Below, in pieces: positions 38,747 to 47,786 of a stretch of DNA of 64,000 bases (position 1 is its first letter; the number at the start of each line of letters is the position of its first letter). A program made the position numbers and the translations under genes. The stretch covers positions 3,456,001 to 3,520,000 of the forward strand of contig OY761158.1 in NCBI GenBank assembly GCA_963664405.1. Direction: 5' to 3'. The notes under the pieces were generated by a model that worked only from the letters and a program-made list of their open reading frames with translations, did not search any database and was not told the origin of the DNA. This DNA is from Thermoanaerobaculia bacterium (lineage in GTDB: Bacteria; Acidobacteriota; Thermoanaerobaculia; Multivoradales; Multivoraceae).

Positions 38747-39160
38747 TGAGCGGTCACGGTTTCGTGGACACCAAGTTAAGCCCCATCGGGGCAGTTCCTA
38801 TTCTGCATCAGTTCGGGTAGTCAGCTTCGGACGAGGCTGTGCGAGGTTCGGGGAGCGCAGCCTCCCTTCGGATCCGACCGCCGGTCGCGCGTGAGTTCAC
38901 GCTGCCCCTTCGAAGGCCTCGGGGCTCAGGAATCCGAGCGTCGAATGCTGGCGTCTCAGGTTGTAGAACACTTCGAGGTAAGAAACCGCTTCGTCGTGAG
39001 CTCGCTGACGAGTCTCGAAGGGTCGGTCCCAGACCTCGGTCTTGAGACTGTCGAAGAAGCTCTCCAAGACCGCATTGTCATAACAATTTCCGACGCCGGA
39101 CATGCTGCAGCGAAACCGCAGCTCAGCCAGCCGATCCTGGTAAGCCTTCGAGGCGTACTG
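38747..39160 (-). pseudogene. IS3-family remnant: C-terminal integrase core plus terminal inverted repeat
   Basis: QYAS...SMSGVGNCYDNAVLESFFDSLKTE...FYN..RQHSTLGFLSP; IS3-type end TGAGCGGTCACGGTTTCGTGGACAC at 38747. Confidence 0.88.
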
Positions 39161-39167
39161 CTTGGGT

Positions 39168-40565
39168 TCAAGGAGTCGTCGCAGCGTTGCCTTGGTGAGC
39201 AGAGTGTACAAGCTCATCGAAGACTTCGGCAGGGGTTCTCCAGCCGAGGGTCTTGCGGGGTCGGCCGTTGAGTGCGAGCGCGACCGCGGCGAGGTCGTCG
39301 CAGGAGTATCTGACAAGGTCGGTGCCCTTCGGGAAGTACTGGCGTAGTAGTCCGTTGGTGTTCTCGTTGGTGCCCCGCTGCCAGGGGCTGTGCGGGTCGC
39401 AGAAGTAGATCGCGAGGCCGGTATCGACGCGGAGTTGAGCGTGTTGAGCCATCTCGGCGCCCTGGTCCCAGGTCAAGGACCGGCGGAGCTGCTCGGGCAG
39501 CGTGGTGATTGACACCGCGATCGCGTCACGGACGGCTTCGGCGCCGTGCCCGGCGAGGGCCGGCCCGTTCTTCACCCTCGATTCGGTCCCGTGCCCTTCC
39601 ATGCGGGGCAGGTGCAGCAGCATCGTGAACCGCGTAGTGCGTTCGACGAGGGTCCCGATCGCTGAGCTCTCGAGCCCGACGATCAGGTCGCCTTCCCAGT
39701 GACCCGGCACGGCCCTGTCGCCGGCTTCGGCGGGGCGTTCGCTGATCATGATCTCCGGAGTTACAAATTTCTTGCCTCTCCCCCGGGTTCGCGCATGCGG
39801 CACTCGTAGCGCTCGCCCGGTTCGCAGGCACGCGACGAGCTCGCGTTTGAGGGCTCCTCGACCTTGGATGTAGAGCGCTTGGTAGATCGCCTCGTGAGAG
39901 ATCCGCATCGACTCATTATGGGGGAAATCAATCCGAAGCCGGTTCGAGATCTGCTCCGGACTCCAGGATTTCGCCCAACGCCGATCCTGGCGACGGCCGT
40001 GCCGACGGCCGATCCAACGCACATCCGGACCCGGCACCAGCTCCCCGTCAGGCCTTGCGATCACGCCGGCGAGGCGGTTCTGCACGTACTCACGCAAGGC
40101 ATCGTTCGCGGCAAGCTTGGAGACCTTCGGACGGCTGGCGCGCCGCTCCGCGTGCCACTGCGCAGTCGTGGCCCGATAAGTTACGGCACGGCTGCGAGTC
40201 GCCGCGTTGCGGCGCAGCTCCCGCGAAATCGTCGACGGTGAACGACCCAGGCGGCGAGCGATCTCACGTACCCCAACATGCTGAGCGTGAAGGATGGCGA
40301 TCTCTTCACGCTCGGCGAACGACAGATAACGCCCCGACACCGGAGCCAACGAGATAGGTCGCATTCCACCAGCTTGCCTGAACCATCTCGACCCGACAGC
40401 CGGCGACACCCCAGCCTCTGTTGCGGCGTCCTCGCTGGACGCCCCACGAGCGATCGTCTCCCAGAACCGGATCCGGTCCTCGCGCCGCGCTGTCGAGGGC
40501 CGGCCAGGTGACCGCATCTGGCCACGCATCGCTCGAATCGCACCCTGACACTTGCCAACTCCCAT
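39168..40565 (-). CDS. IS30-family transposase
   Basis: Helix-turn-helix RSPSTISRE; WSPEQI, GHWEGD, TWDQGAEM and PWQRGTNENTNGLLRQYFPK motifs. Confidence 0.95.
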   Translation of the reverse strand: MGVGKCQGAIRAMRGQMRSPGRPSTARREDRIRFWETIARGASSEDAATEAGVSPAVGSRWFRQAGGMRPISLAPVSGRYLSFAEREEIAILHAQHVGVREIARRLGRSPSTISRELRRNAATRSRAVTYRATTAQWHAERRASRPKVSKLAANDALREYVQNRLAGVIARPDGELVPGPDVRWIGRRHGRRQDRRWAKSWSPEQISNRLRIDFPHNESMRISHEAIYQALYIQGRGALKRELVACLRTGRALRVPHARTRGRGKKFVTPEIMISERPAEAGDRAVPGHWEGDLIVGLESSAIGTLVERTTRFTMLLHLPRMEGHGTESRVKNGPALAGHGAEAVRDAIAVSITTLPEQLRRSLTWDQGAEMAQHAQLRVDTGLAIYFCDPHSPWQRGTNENTNGLLRQYFPKGTDLVRYSCDDLAAVALALNGRPRKTLGWRTPAEVFDELVHSAHQGNAATTP

Positions 40566-40615
40566 CGAAACACCTCCATCACGAGATGTTGCGACGACCA
40601 GTTGAATCCGCCCTG

Positions 40616-41038
40616 GTTCTTTCGGTCCAAGGCGAGGACGCGATCGGCGAGATCATTCAAAGTTGCGCTCCGATGCATGTCGGTAGCCGGTTGAAGAGAT
40701 TCACTCCGGAGCCAGTACCGTCTGAGCGCAAGGGCCCGATGAGGCCAGCTACAGAGCCCGTCAGCCGCGATTCGCTAGAGGGTGCTGCCACCATCGTTCA
40801 TGCCCGAGACGGGGTGCACACGGTGGCGCAGGACCATGTGGTCTTCATCGACAGGGGCGAGGAAGACAACCTCGTGCCCGGAGACATCATGACCGTATTT
40901 CGAGTGCCCGTTGGCGATGCACCAGCGGTTGTCCTAGGCGAGATCGCCATCCTCTCGGTACGGTCTGAGACCAGCGTTGCAAAGATCGTGTCGACTCGAC
41001 ATCCCATTTACGTGGGCGACGTAGCATTGCTCGAGTGA
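40616..41038 (+). pseudogene. LysM domain protein, 3' part
   Basis: VLSVQGEDAIGEIIQS...VFIDRG...LGEIAIL continues the frame of 37907-38668. Confidence 0.82.
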
Positions 41039-41207
41039 GCGCTGCGCATTCTTCCGAGAAGCTCCTGCCGAGTGGAGGGCCTGAGGTCGGTCCCTCGGAT
41101 CGCAGAAAGAATCCTCTCGAAAGCTGGGGGAACTGTCTTCGATGAGCGCGATTGAAGCGCCATTTGCTGTGGTATGGTCGGCTGGTTTCGGAAGGGAATG
41201 AGCCGCG

Positions 41208-41471
41208 GTGAGAGGTGAAAACCTGAACGGTCAATTGACCCGCTTGGTGAGCGAGTTAGTGGACCGTGGTCTAACCCTAGAGCAGGCGCGAAAAGAGTTC
41301 GAGAAGCAGTTCATTTTGGCTTCCCTGAGAAAGAGCGAGGGGAGCTTTTCTCGCTCCGCGAAGTACTTGGGGGTGCACCGCAATACCCTGCGCAACAAGC
41401 TGTCGACGCTGGGGATCTCATCCTCGGAATGCGCCGACGCGCGCCCTTCGAAGCGTCCGAGGAGGATTTAG
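41208..41471 (+). CDS. Small Fis-type helix-turn-helix protein
   Basis: FEKQFI...SAKYLGVHRNTLRNK. Confidence 0.85.
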   Translation: MRGENLNGQLTRLVSELVDRGLTLEQARKEFEKQFILASLRKSEGSFSRSAKYLGVHRNTLRNKLSTLGISSSECADARPSKRPRRI

Positions 41472-41622
41472 GGGGCTCGCTCCCTCCGAGGAGGGTAGAG
41501 GGGTGGGTACCCGTCCCCTCCGCTCGCCTGCTGATGGCGCCTAGGACGGCTTGTGGGATGGTAGAAAGGGGGTATGGCGCCCCCCCCTCGCTTTGCTTGC
41601 CCTTGGCGCTTAAGACGGGCCC

Positions 41623-41853
41623 TCAGGAGGGTGACGTTGGGTCTGCCGCCTTTTCCGTTTGAACCTCGTTGAGGGCGGCGTCTTCCTCCGCCTTGATGCC
41701 GCTCTTGAAGTTCTTGATTCCCTCTCCAAGTCCCTTTCCGAGCGCAGGAAGCTTTGAAGCACCGAATACGACGACGAGGATGAGGAGAATCACCAAGAGC
41801 TCTTGCAGCCCCAAGGGGCCGATGAGCAGGGGGAACACATTCAGTAGAGTCAT
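41623..41853 (-). CDS. tatA: Tat translocase subunit TatA/E
   Basis: Membrane segment followed by FGASKLPALGKGLGEGIKNFK. Confidence 0.92.
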   Translation of the reverse strand: MTLLNVFPLLIGPLGLQELLVILLILVVVFGASKLPALGKGLGEGIKNFKSGIKAEEDAALNEVQTEKAADPTSPS

Positions 41854-41886
41854 ATCAAGCTCCTATTCTCAGCATCGGTGGGTACT

Positions 41887-42870
41887 CTACCAGACTGCGG
41901 TGCTGTCGATCGCCGGTTTCCAAAGCGCCCTCAGATCTGAGACAAGGGCCTCCGTTTCGGGCAGTCCAGCGAGCTGCCCGAGACTGCGCTCGAGACACTC
42001 ACCAACCATGGGCAGGTATCGCGGCTGACCCCTTTTTGCGAAGGAAACGAAGGTGCCGACGATTTTCAGGGCTCGCTGCGCCGCGCAACGCCGGTACTGG
42101 AGGCTCGAGACCAGCTCCCGCCCGAATAGATCTTCGGTCTTCTCAGCGTCGAGGAAGAGACTGTCGTTGGCGAGTGATGCCAAGTCGTAAAGCGGAGGGC
42201 CGAGCCTCAAGTCTTGATGATCGAGAACAATCACTTCTTTCAACGTGACGTCGGGCACCAGATTGCGAACCATGAAGTCCCGATGACAGGGGACCATTGG
42301 CTCTAGGTCGAGCTGGGAGCAGAGATCTTGGAGACCCTTGTAGAGGCGCCCACTCAGCGGCTTGTTGCCACATAGCCCCGTCGGCCGGAGGAAATTCCTC
42401 CAGGTGCTCTCCAACTCTCGCCACAAGGTGGCACCGTCGAGTGGAGGGGCCGGAAGCTCTGCCGCATCGCACGAGAGGAGGGCGATGCTTGTCGCGGCTC
42501 GCCGGCTTGCCTCGATGAAGGGCTCAATCGCTTGCCACGAGTCACTACGCCAGTCGAAGAGTGTCTCCGCGCCCACGTCCTCCAGCAGCATCAGACCAGC
42601 TCCCTCGTCGCTGTCCAAGATCTCAGGAACGCGGACGCCGGCTTCATGAAGGAGGCGGGTGGATTTGAGGAAGCTCGTGAAGGCCACATTGAGAGTGGGC
42701 GGATAGAAAGCGAGGATGGCGGAGCCTTCTTTGAGCGAGACGCGGAGGTAGCGGCGAGGAGATACGTCACCTGTGAGAGCGGCAATTGTCTTGGGCTCGC
42801 GACCTCTCTCGAAGAGCCAGAGAGAGAGCTCGTCATGCCTCGGGATGTCTCGCTCTTCTGCCATTGACAC
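41887..42870 (-). CDS. APH-family phosphotransferase (AmgK-like)
   Basis: GDVSPRRYLR, LLEDVG, CHRDFMVRNL, LDHQD..LGP..YDLASL and LKIVGTF motifs. Confidence 0.8.
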   Translation of the reverse strand: MSMAEERDIPRHDELSLWLFERGREPKTIAALTGDVSPRRYLRVSLKEGSAILAFYPPTLNVAFTSFLKSTRLLHEAGVRVPEILDSDEGAGLMLLEDVGAETLFDWRSDSWQAIEPFIEASRRAATSIALLSCDAAELPAPPLDGATLWRELESTWRNFLRPTGLCGNKPLSGRLYKGLQDLCSQLDLEPMVPCHRDFMVRNLVPDVTLKEVIVLDHQDLRLGPPLYDLASLANDSLFLDAEKTEDLFGRELVSSLQYRRCAAQRALKIVGTFVSFAKRGQPRYLPMVGECLERSLGQLAGLPETEALVSDLRALWKPAIDSTAVW

Positions 42871-42892
42871 CCTAGCTTAGCCCGCATAATCT
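42864..42892 (+). promoter_or_regulatory. Putative sigma70 promoter of the 42924 gene
   Basis: TTGACA-17 bp-TAATCT. Confidence 0.55.
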
Positions 42893-42923
42893 GCCTCGTG
42901 ATCGTTATTGAGGAAGGTGCCGT

Positions 42924-43247
42924 CTGGAAGAGAAACTAGAGCGTCTGCTGCAGGACTTGGGCGAGGCCTTGGTCGAGGCTATCTCGGACTCGTCTGAGAT
43001 CAACGACGGCCTACGCGACTTGCAGCAGGCGGGCTATTCGCTCTACCTGGTGGTGGATTGCAAGAGCACGCGCAAGCCGAAAGCCAGCCGAGACGAACAA
43101 GTCAAAAAGGCGGTGGCGGAAGCCGAAGCGCGGTGCGAGCGGCCACCCGTTTTCAGGATCGATGGCAAAGACCTTCTGTTCCTGCGGTCTATCGGTATCG
43201 ATCCTACGCGGCGCAGCCGGAGTCGTCGCCCCAGCTTGGAGAGCTAG
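42924..43247 (+). CDS. Small hypothetical protein (probable CTG start)
   Basis: GAGGAAGG ribosome-binding site 6 nt before CTG; EEKLERLLQDLGEAL...DLLFLRSIGI. Confidence 0.65.
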   Translation: MEEKLERLLQDLGEALVEAISDSSEINDGLRDLQQAGYSLYLVVDCKSTRKPKASRDEQVKKAVAEAEARCERPPVFRIDGKDLLFLRSIGIDPTRRSRSRRPSLES

Positions 43248-43334
43248 GAGCGTGTCCGAGAATTCGGACAGGCGAGTAGTTCTTAGGGGGGGATGGGCCG
43301 GAGAACGGGCCGCAGGCCCGTTTTCCGGGGCTAG
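43244..43334. repeat. 91-bp CTAG-bounded structured element, copy 2
   Basis: Inverted copy of 26556-26646. Confidence 0.9.
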
Positions 43335-43380
43335 CATCGCAGTGGTCTTGGCCACAGGCTCGAGCCGCGGGGCGCTCCGC

Positions 43381-44118
43381 TCAGGCGTCGACCAGCCAGA
43401 CGAAGGCGAGGTTCCTGCCCGCCTTGGGCCCCTCCCGCCGGTAGCTCCACAGGCGAGCCGCCTCGCAGCGAGTACACTCCTCGACAGATGCGAAGGGGAC
43501 CGCGCGGGTCCCGTCGAGCTGGTGCCGCACGGCCATTGCAAGATCCAGGTGTGGGCGGGCGCCCTCCCCGCGGTCCCGAATCACCTCGGCTCTCCCTGTC
43601 GCCGCCGCGACACTCGAGGCGACATCCTCGCCAACTTCATAACAGCAGCCACCGATGGCGGGCCCGAGGACGGCGTGTGCCTGGGATCGTGTGCGCCAGA
43701 CCTTCGCTGCTTCGGCGATGATTCGAGCCTGAATCCCACGCCAACCAGCGTGAATAGCGGCGATCCTATCGTCGGAAAGTAGCAGCACCGGCACGCAATC
43801 GGCCGTCACAATCCGAAGCGCCAAGCCGGCCTCGCTGGTGATCAGGGCATCTCCATCGCCGCAGTCCCCGGCCTGGGCCTCGACCACTCTGTTCGAGTGC
43901 CGCTGGGTGAGTCGTGCGACCCTCAACCCTTCTTTCGCCAACTCCTCGAGGATCTCCCTCTCGCCGCTGGTCGTAGGCCTTCCATAAAAGCGGAATCTGG
44001 CCCGACCCAGGGCCCCTTGCCACGACCAGTGGCCCGCGTGAATCGAGGCTTCGAGGCGAGGCCACACGAGCGAGGTCGATAGCTTGCCCTCTCCGGCATT
44101 CTGTGGGGGAAGCGTCAT
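43381..44118 (-). CDS. pgeF: PgeF/YfiH family protein
   Basis: Q.H, GDALIT, TADCVPVLL, HAGWRG, GPAIGGCCYEVG and SYRR motifs. Confidence 0.88.
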   Translation of the reverse strand: MTLPPQNAGEGKLSTSLVWPRLEASIHAGHWSWQGALGRARFRFYGRPTTSGEREILEELAKEGLRVARLTQRHSNRVVEAQAGDCGDGDALITSEAGLALRIVTADCVPVLLLSDDRIAAIHAGWRGIQARIIAEAAKVWRTRSQAHAVLGPAIGGCCYEVGEDVASSVAAATGRAEVIRDRGEGARPHLDLAMAVRHQLDGTRAVPFASVEECTRCEAARLWSYRREGPKAGRNLAFVWLVDA

Positions 44119-44183
44119 TGACTCGGGTAGACTACTAAGGTGATTCGAGGACTCGCCGTGATCAATCTTGGACGCACCGCGCG

Positions 44184-45632
44184 ATGAGCTTTGAAGCCGT
44201 AATCGGATTGGAAGTCCATGTCCATCTGAAGACTCGGACGAAGATTTTTTGTCGCTGTCTCAATCGTTTTGGGTGTGGCCCCAATACGCTCATCTGCCCA
44301 GTCTGCGTAGGGTACCCCGGTTCTCTTCCGGTGCTCAATCGAGAGGCGGTGAACCTGGCGATTCACCTCTCGCTTGCTCTCGGTTGCGAAGTTCACAGCA
44401 CCTCCGTCTTTGCTCGCAAGAACTATTTCTACGCCGACCTCCCGAAGGGATATCAAATCAGCCAGTTCGATCGGCCGTTGGCCGAGGGAGGGTCTCTCCC
44501 TCTGTCGCAGTCGGACAAGCGGGTCCGAATCCATCGGCTGCATCTCGAAGAGGATGCGGGAAAGCTCTTGCATGAGACTCCAGGGGGCGGGGCACTTCCA
44601 GGACAGAGCCTTGTCGATTTCAACCGTTGCGGAGTTCCTCTGGTCGAGATCGTGTCGGAGCCCGATATGTCCTCCGCCTCCGAGGCGCAGGACTATCTTC
44701 AGACGATGCACCAAGTGCTGCTCTACACTGGCACCAGCGACGGCAATATGGAAGAGGGCAGCATGAGATGTGATGCGAACATCTCGATCCGGCCGGTCGG
44801 CACGAGCACCCTCGGAACCAAAGTGGAGGTCAAGAACCTGAACTCCTTCCGCAACCTGGCGAAGGCGGTGGACTACGAGATCGAAAGGCAAACGGGCCGT
44901 GTCGAGTCTGGGCACAAAGTGGTGCAGGAGACTCGTTCCTTCGACGCCGCCCTCGGGGTCACTCGCCCCATGCGCTCGAAGGAGGAGGCCCACGATTACC
45001 GCTACTTTCCCGAGCCGGACCTTCCTCCGCTGGTCCTCTCCGAGGAGCGAATCGACCATGCGCGGGGCACCCTGTCGGAGCTTCCCTGGGAGCGCCTCAC
45101 TAGATTCTGCACCCAGTACTCGCTCTCTCGCGAGGATGCTCGACTTCTCACCACGACACCTGAGCTCGCGACCTATTTCGAGGCAGCCGTCGCGCACTAC
45201 TCCGCCAACCCGAAAGGCGTGGCGAACTGGGTGATGACCGAGGTTTTGCGCGAGCTCAAGTCGTATCGCGGCGCGATCGACGAGGCCCTCTCGCCGGAGC
45301 GATTGGCGACCTTGGTGAAGCTTGTGGACAAAGGAGGACTTTCAGGGCGCGGAGCCAAAGAAGTCTTTGCTGCAATCTGGGGTACCGAGGAGTCGCCCGA
45401 GGCCGCAACCGAGCGGCTGGGCCTGGCCCAGGTGCGAGATTCCGGAGAGATCGGCAACTGGGTGAAGGAGGTACTCGCCGAGCACCCGGGTCCTGTCGAC
45501 CAGTATCTCGAAGGGAAGACGAAGGCGATGGGTTTTCTTGTCGGCCAGGTGATGAAACGTTCATCCGGCCGCGCCGACCCGCGTCAGGCACAGGACCAGT
45601 TGCGTCGTTCGCTCGAGCAGATGCAAGCGTAA
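44184..45632 (+). CDS. gatB: Asp/Glu-tRNA amidotransferase subunit B
   Basis: IGLEVH, RKNYFYADLPKGYQISQ, RCDANIS and DYRYFPEPD motifs. Confidence 0.97.
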   Translation: MSFEAVIGLEVHVHLKTRTKIFCRCLNRFGCGPNTLICPVCVGYPGSLPVLNREAVNLAIHLSLALGCEVHSTSVFARKNYFYADLPKGYQISQFDRPLAEGGSLPLSQSDKRVRIHRLHLEEDAGKLLHETPGGGALPGQSLVDFNRCGVPLVEIVSEPDMSSASEAQDYLQTMHQVLLYTGTSDGNMEEGSMRCDANISIRPVGTSTLGTKVEVKNLNSFRNLAKAVDYEIERQTGRVESGHKVVQETRSFDAALGVTRPMRSKEEAHDYRYFPEPDLPPLVLSEERIDHARGTLSELPWERLTRFCTQYSLSREDARLLTTTPELATYFEAAVAHYSANPKGVANWVMTEVLRELKSYRGAIDEALSPERLATLVKLVDKGGLSGRGAKEVFAAIWGTEESPEAATERLGLAQVRDSGEIGNWVKEVLAEHPGPVDQYLEGKTKAMGFLVGQVMKRSSGRADPRQAQDQLRRSLEQMQA

Positions 45633-45665
45633 AGGGTCCGTTCTTTTTCGAGCCGGTGGCTCAGC

Positions 45666-46373
45666 TTGATCCAGTTCTTCAACGTCACCAAGAAGTTCCC
45701 TTCGGGACCGACTGCGTTAGCCGACGTCTCTTTCAAGATCGACCGCGGCGAGTTCGTCTTCCTCACCGGTCCCAGTGGCGCCGGAAAGACGACTCTGCTC
45801 AAGCTCATCTATCGTGAGGAGCTACCCGACTCCGGCCAGATCTTGGTCACCGGACGCAACGTCATCTCACTACCCCGTCGAAAGGTGCCCTATCTGAGGC
45901 GGTCGATCGGCGTCGTGTTCCAGAGCTTCCGTCTCATCTCGCGCAAGACGGTGTTCGAAAACGTTGCCTATCTGCCCAGGATTCTCGGTATGTCGCGCGA
46001 TGAGCAGCAACGAATGTGCGAGAGGGCGTTGCGTCGAGTGGGCCTCGCTCACCGTCTCAACGCGTTTCCAAAGCAGCTCTCCGGGGGCGAGCAGCAACGC
46101 GTCACGCTGGCTCGCTCGTTGGTTTGCGAGCCCCGAATCCTGCTTGCCGACGAGCCGACGGGGAATCTCGACCCTGAGCTGTCGGAGGAGATCCTCGAGC
46201 TCTTCCAGGAGATCCACTCCCAGGGCACAACGGTGATCCTGGCGACCCACGATAGACGTATCTTGGAGACGATTGGAGGGCGGGTCCTGCTTCTCCATCG
46301 GGGGCGTCTGGCGGCGGACGGTGTTCGTGCTGCCAAGCGGGGCTCCGAGGAGCTCGGGGTGGAAGAATCTTGA
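45666..46373 (+). CDS. ftsE: Cell division ATP-binding protein FtsE
   Basis: GPSGAGKTT, LRRSIGVVFQ, LSGGEQQR and DEPTGNLDP motifs. Confidence 0.93.
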   Translation: MIQFFNVTKKFPSGPTALADVSFKIDRGEFVFLTGPSGAGKTTLLKLIYREELPDSGQILVTGRNVISLPRRKVPYLRRSIGVVFQSFRLISRKTVFENVAYLPRILGMSRDEQQRMCERALRRVGLAHRLNAFPKQLSGGEQQRVTLARSLVCEPRILLADEPTGNLDPELSEEILELFQEIHSQGTTVILATHDRRILETIGGRVLLLHRGRLAADGVRAAKRGSEELGVEES

Positions 46374-46629
46374 CGCTGCTGAAGGCTCTGGGCTACTTCT
46401 CCGCGGAGGCTTGGCAGAGCCTGGTGCGGAGCTGGAAGGTCAGCTTGGTGGCGGTGCTGACGATCGGTGTGAGTCTCTTCCTCACCGGCGGCTTTCTCGT
46501 CACGCTGCGGAATCTGTCGACCGCCGTTGCGGGCTGGCAACAAGAGGTTGCTGTGGTCGTCTACATGCCCGCGGAAGTCAACCCGACAGATGTCGAAGAT
46601 CTGCGATTCGTCTTGGACGCGCCTCCATG
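46370..46629 (+). pseudogene. ftsX: FtsX 5' part, interrupted by IS21-like element 2
   Basis: First membrane segment and start of the periplasmic domain; joins 50025 in frame (DAPP-W-VSEV; about 303 aa restored). Confidence 0.88.
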
Positions 46630-46638
46630 TGTTACCGG

Positions 46639-46995
46639 CTACGAGAAAGCGCACTTAGTTGGCTGCGAGTCGGTTTTTTGTCCCCGCGAGGCGTGACTCA
46701 GGGTGTGGCGCAGATAGTCGAGGTACCCCTCGGGGGGTGGCGTCGTGGGGAGTTCTCGGAGGATGGGGAGAAAGTAGGCGAGGGATCGGATGGGCTGGAG
46801 CTTTGGTAGGCGCGGATCTCGGCATGCGCGTCGGGCGGAGCCGAGGAGGAGGGCGGCCTGGAGGACGGTGAGAGGCAGGTCTTGGTCGAAGAGCTGGTCG
46901 ACGATGACGCGGTCGCCGTGGTGGAAGCGGTGCGGGGTGTCGGGAAGGAGTCGATAGAGGCGGAGGAGCTGGCGCCGATAGTGGCTTCGGGTCAT
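46639..46995 (-). CDS. IS-encoded accessory ORF4 (118 aa), homologous to 9739-10092
   Basis: ATG start overlaps the istB TGA; RLY..LPDTP, LQPIRSLAYF and GYLDYL motifs; stop codon lies inside the terminal repeat. Confidence 0.78.
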   Translation of the reverse strand: MTRSHYRRQLLRLYRLLPDTPHRFHHGDRVIVDQLFDQDLPLTVLQAALLLGSARRACRDPRLPKLQPIRSLAYFLPILRELPTTPPPEGYLDYLRHTLSHASRGQKTDSQPTKCAFS

Positions 46996-47786
46996 GAGCG
47001 TCGTCGTGCTGCGCTCCGCCTTTTGGCGCGGTCCTTGGCCTTTTTTTCAGCAGCCTCCTTGGCCTCCTTGCGGCGATAGGAGTTAGCCTCGATCTTGACG
47101 ATCTCGGCGTGGTGGGTGAGTCGATCGACGAGAGTGACGACGCAGGAGGCGTTGGGAAAGACCTCGGCCCATTCGGCGAAGGGCTTGTTGGTGGTGAGAA
47201 GAATGGGCTTGTTGCCGTATCTCCTGGAGACGACCTCGAAGAGGAGATCCGCGTGGCGGTGGTCGTAGGAGAGATAGCCGAGCTCATCGATTGCCAAAAG
47301 CGAGGGTCGGGTGTATTTGGAGAGCCTTCTCTGGAGCGCCGAGGGGGTTTCCTGGACGGCGAGATCGTTGAGCATGTCGGAGGCGGTGACGAAGCTGGCG
47401 GTGGCCCCTCGTTGCAGCGCCTGGTAGAGGAGGTTCTTGGCAATCATGGTCTTGCCGACACCGTTGGGTCCGAGGAGGATGACGTTGGTGATGTCGTCGA
47501 GGAATTGGAGGGTGAGCAGATCCTGGATCTGCTCGCGGTCGATGCGCTGGGGCCAGGAGAAGTCGAAGTCGGCGATGCTCTTGAAGAGCCCGACGCGGCT
47601 GGTGCGGATGCGCCGTTCGAGGCTGCGCCGTTTGCGCTCGGCCTCTTCTTTGCGCAGCAGCTGTTCGAGCCAGGGCTGTTCTCGGTAGGTGCCCCAGTCG
47701 TCGACGAGGGCGTAGAAGCCGAGGGATCGGGCGAGCTCTCGTAGTGGTTCGTCAGGGATCGTTGGACTCTTCCTGGGTCGGGCCAT
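46992..47786 (-). CDS. istB: IS21 helper ATPase IstB
   Basis: GPNGVGKT, IDELGY, TTNK and DRLTHH motifs. Confidence 0.95.
   Translation of the reverse strand: MARPRKSPTIPDEPLRELARSLGFYALVDDWGTYREQPWLEQLLRKEEAERKRRSLERRIRTSRVGLFKSIADFDFSWPQRIDREQIQDLLTLQFLDDITNVILLGPNGVGKTMIAKNLLYQALQRGATASFVTASDMLNDLAVQETPSALQRRLSKYTRPSLLAIDELGYLSYDHRHADLLFEVVSRRYGNKPILLTTNKPFAEWAEVFPNASCVVTLVDRLTHHAEIVKIEANSYRRKEAKEAAEKKAKDRAKRRSAARRRS

Larger units (their letters stand above)
38669..40612 (-). mobile_element. Composite IS30-family element (1944 bp): full IS30, IS3 3' remnant and a second IS30 right end; 3-bp duplication CTG (38666-38668 / 40613-40615)
   Basis: Ends CTTGGGTTCAAGGGGTCGTCGCAAC / GGCGGATTCAACTGGTCGTCGCAAC; 79-bp duplication 38669-38747 vs 39161-39239. 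Confidence 0.88.
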
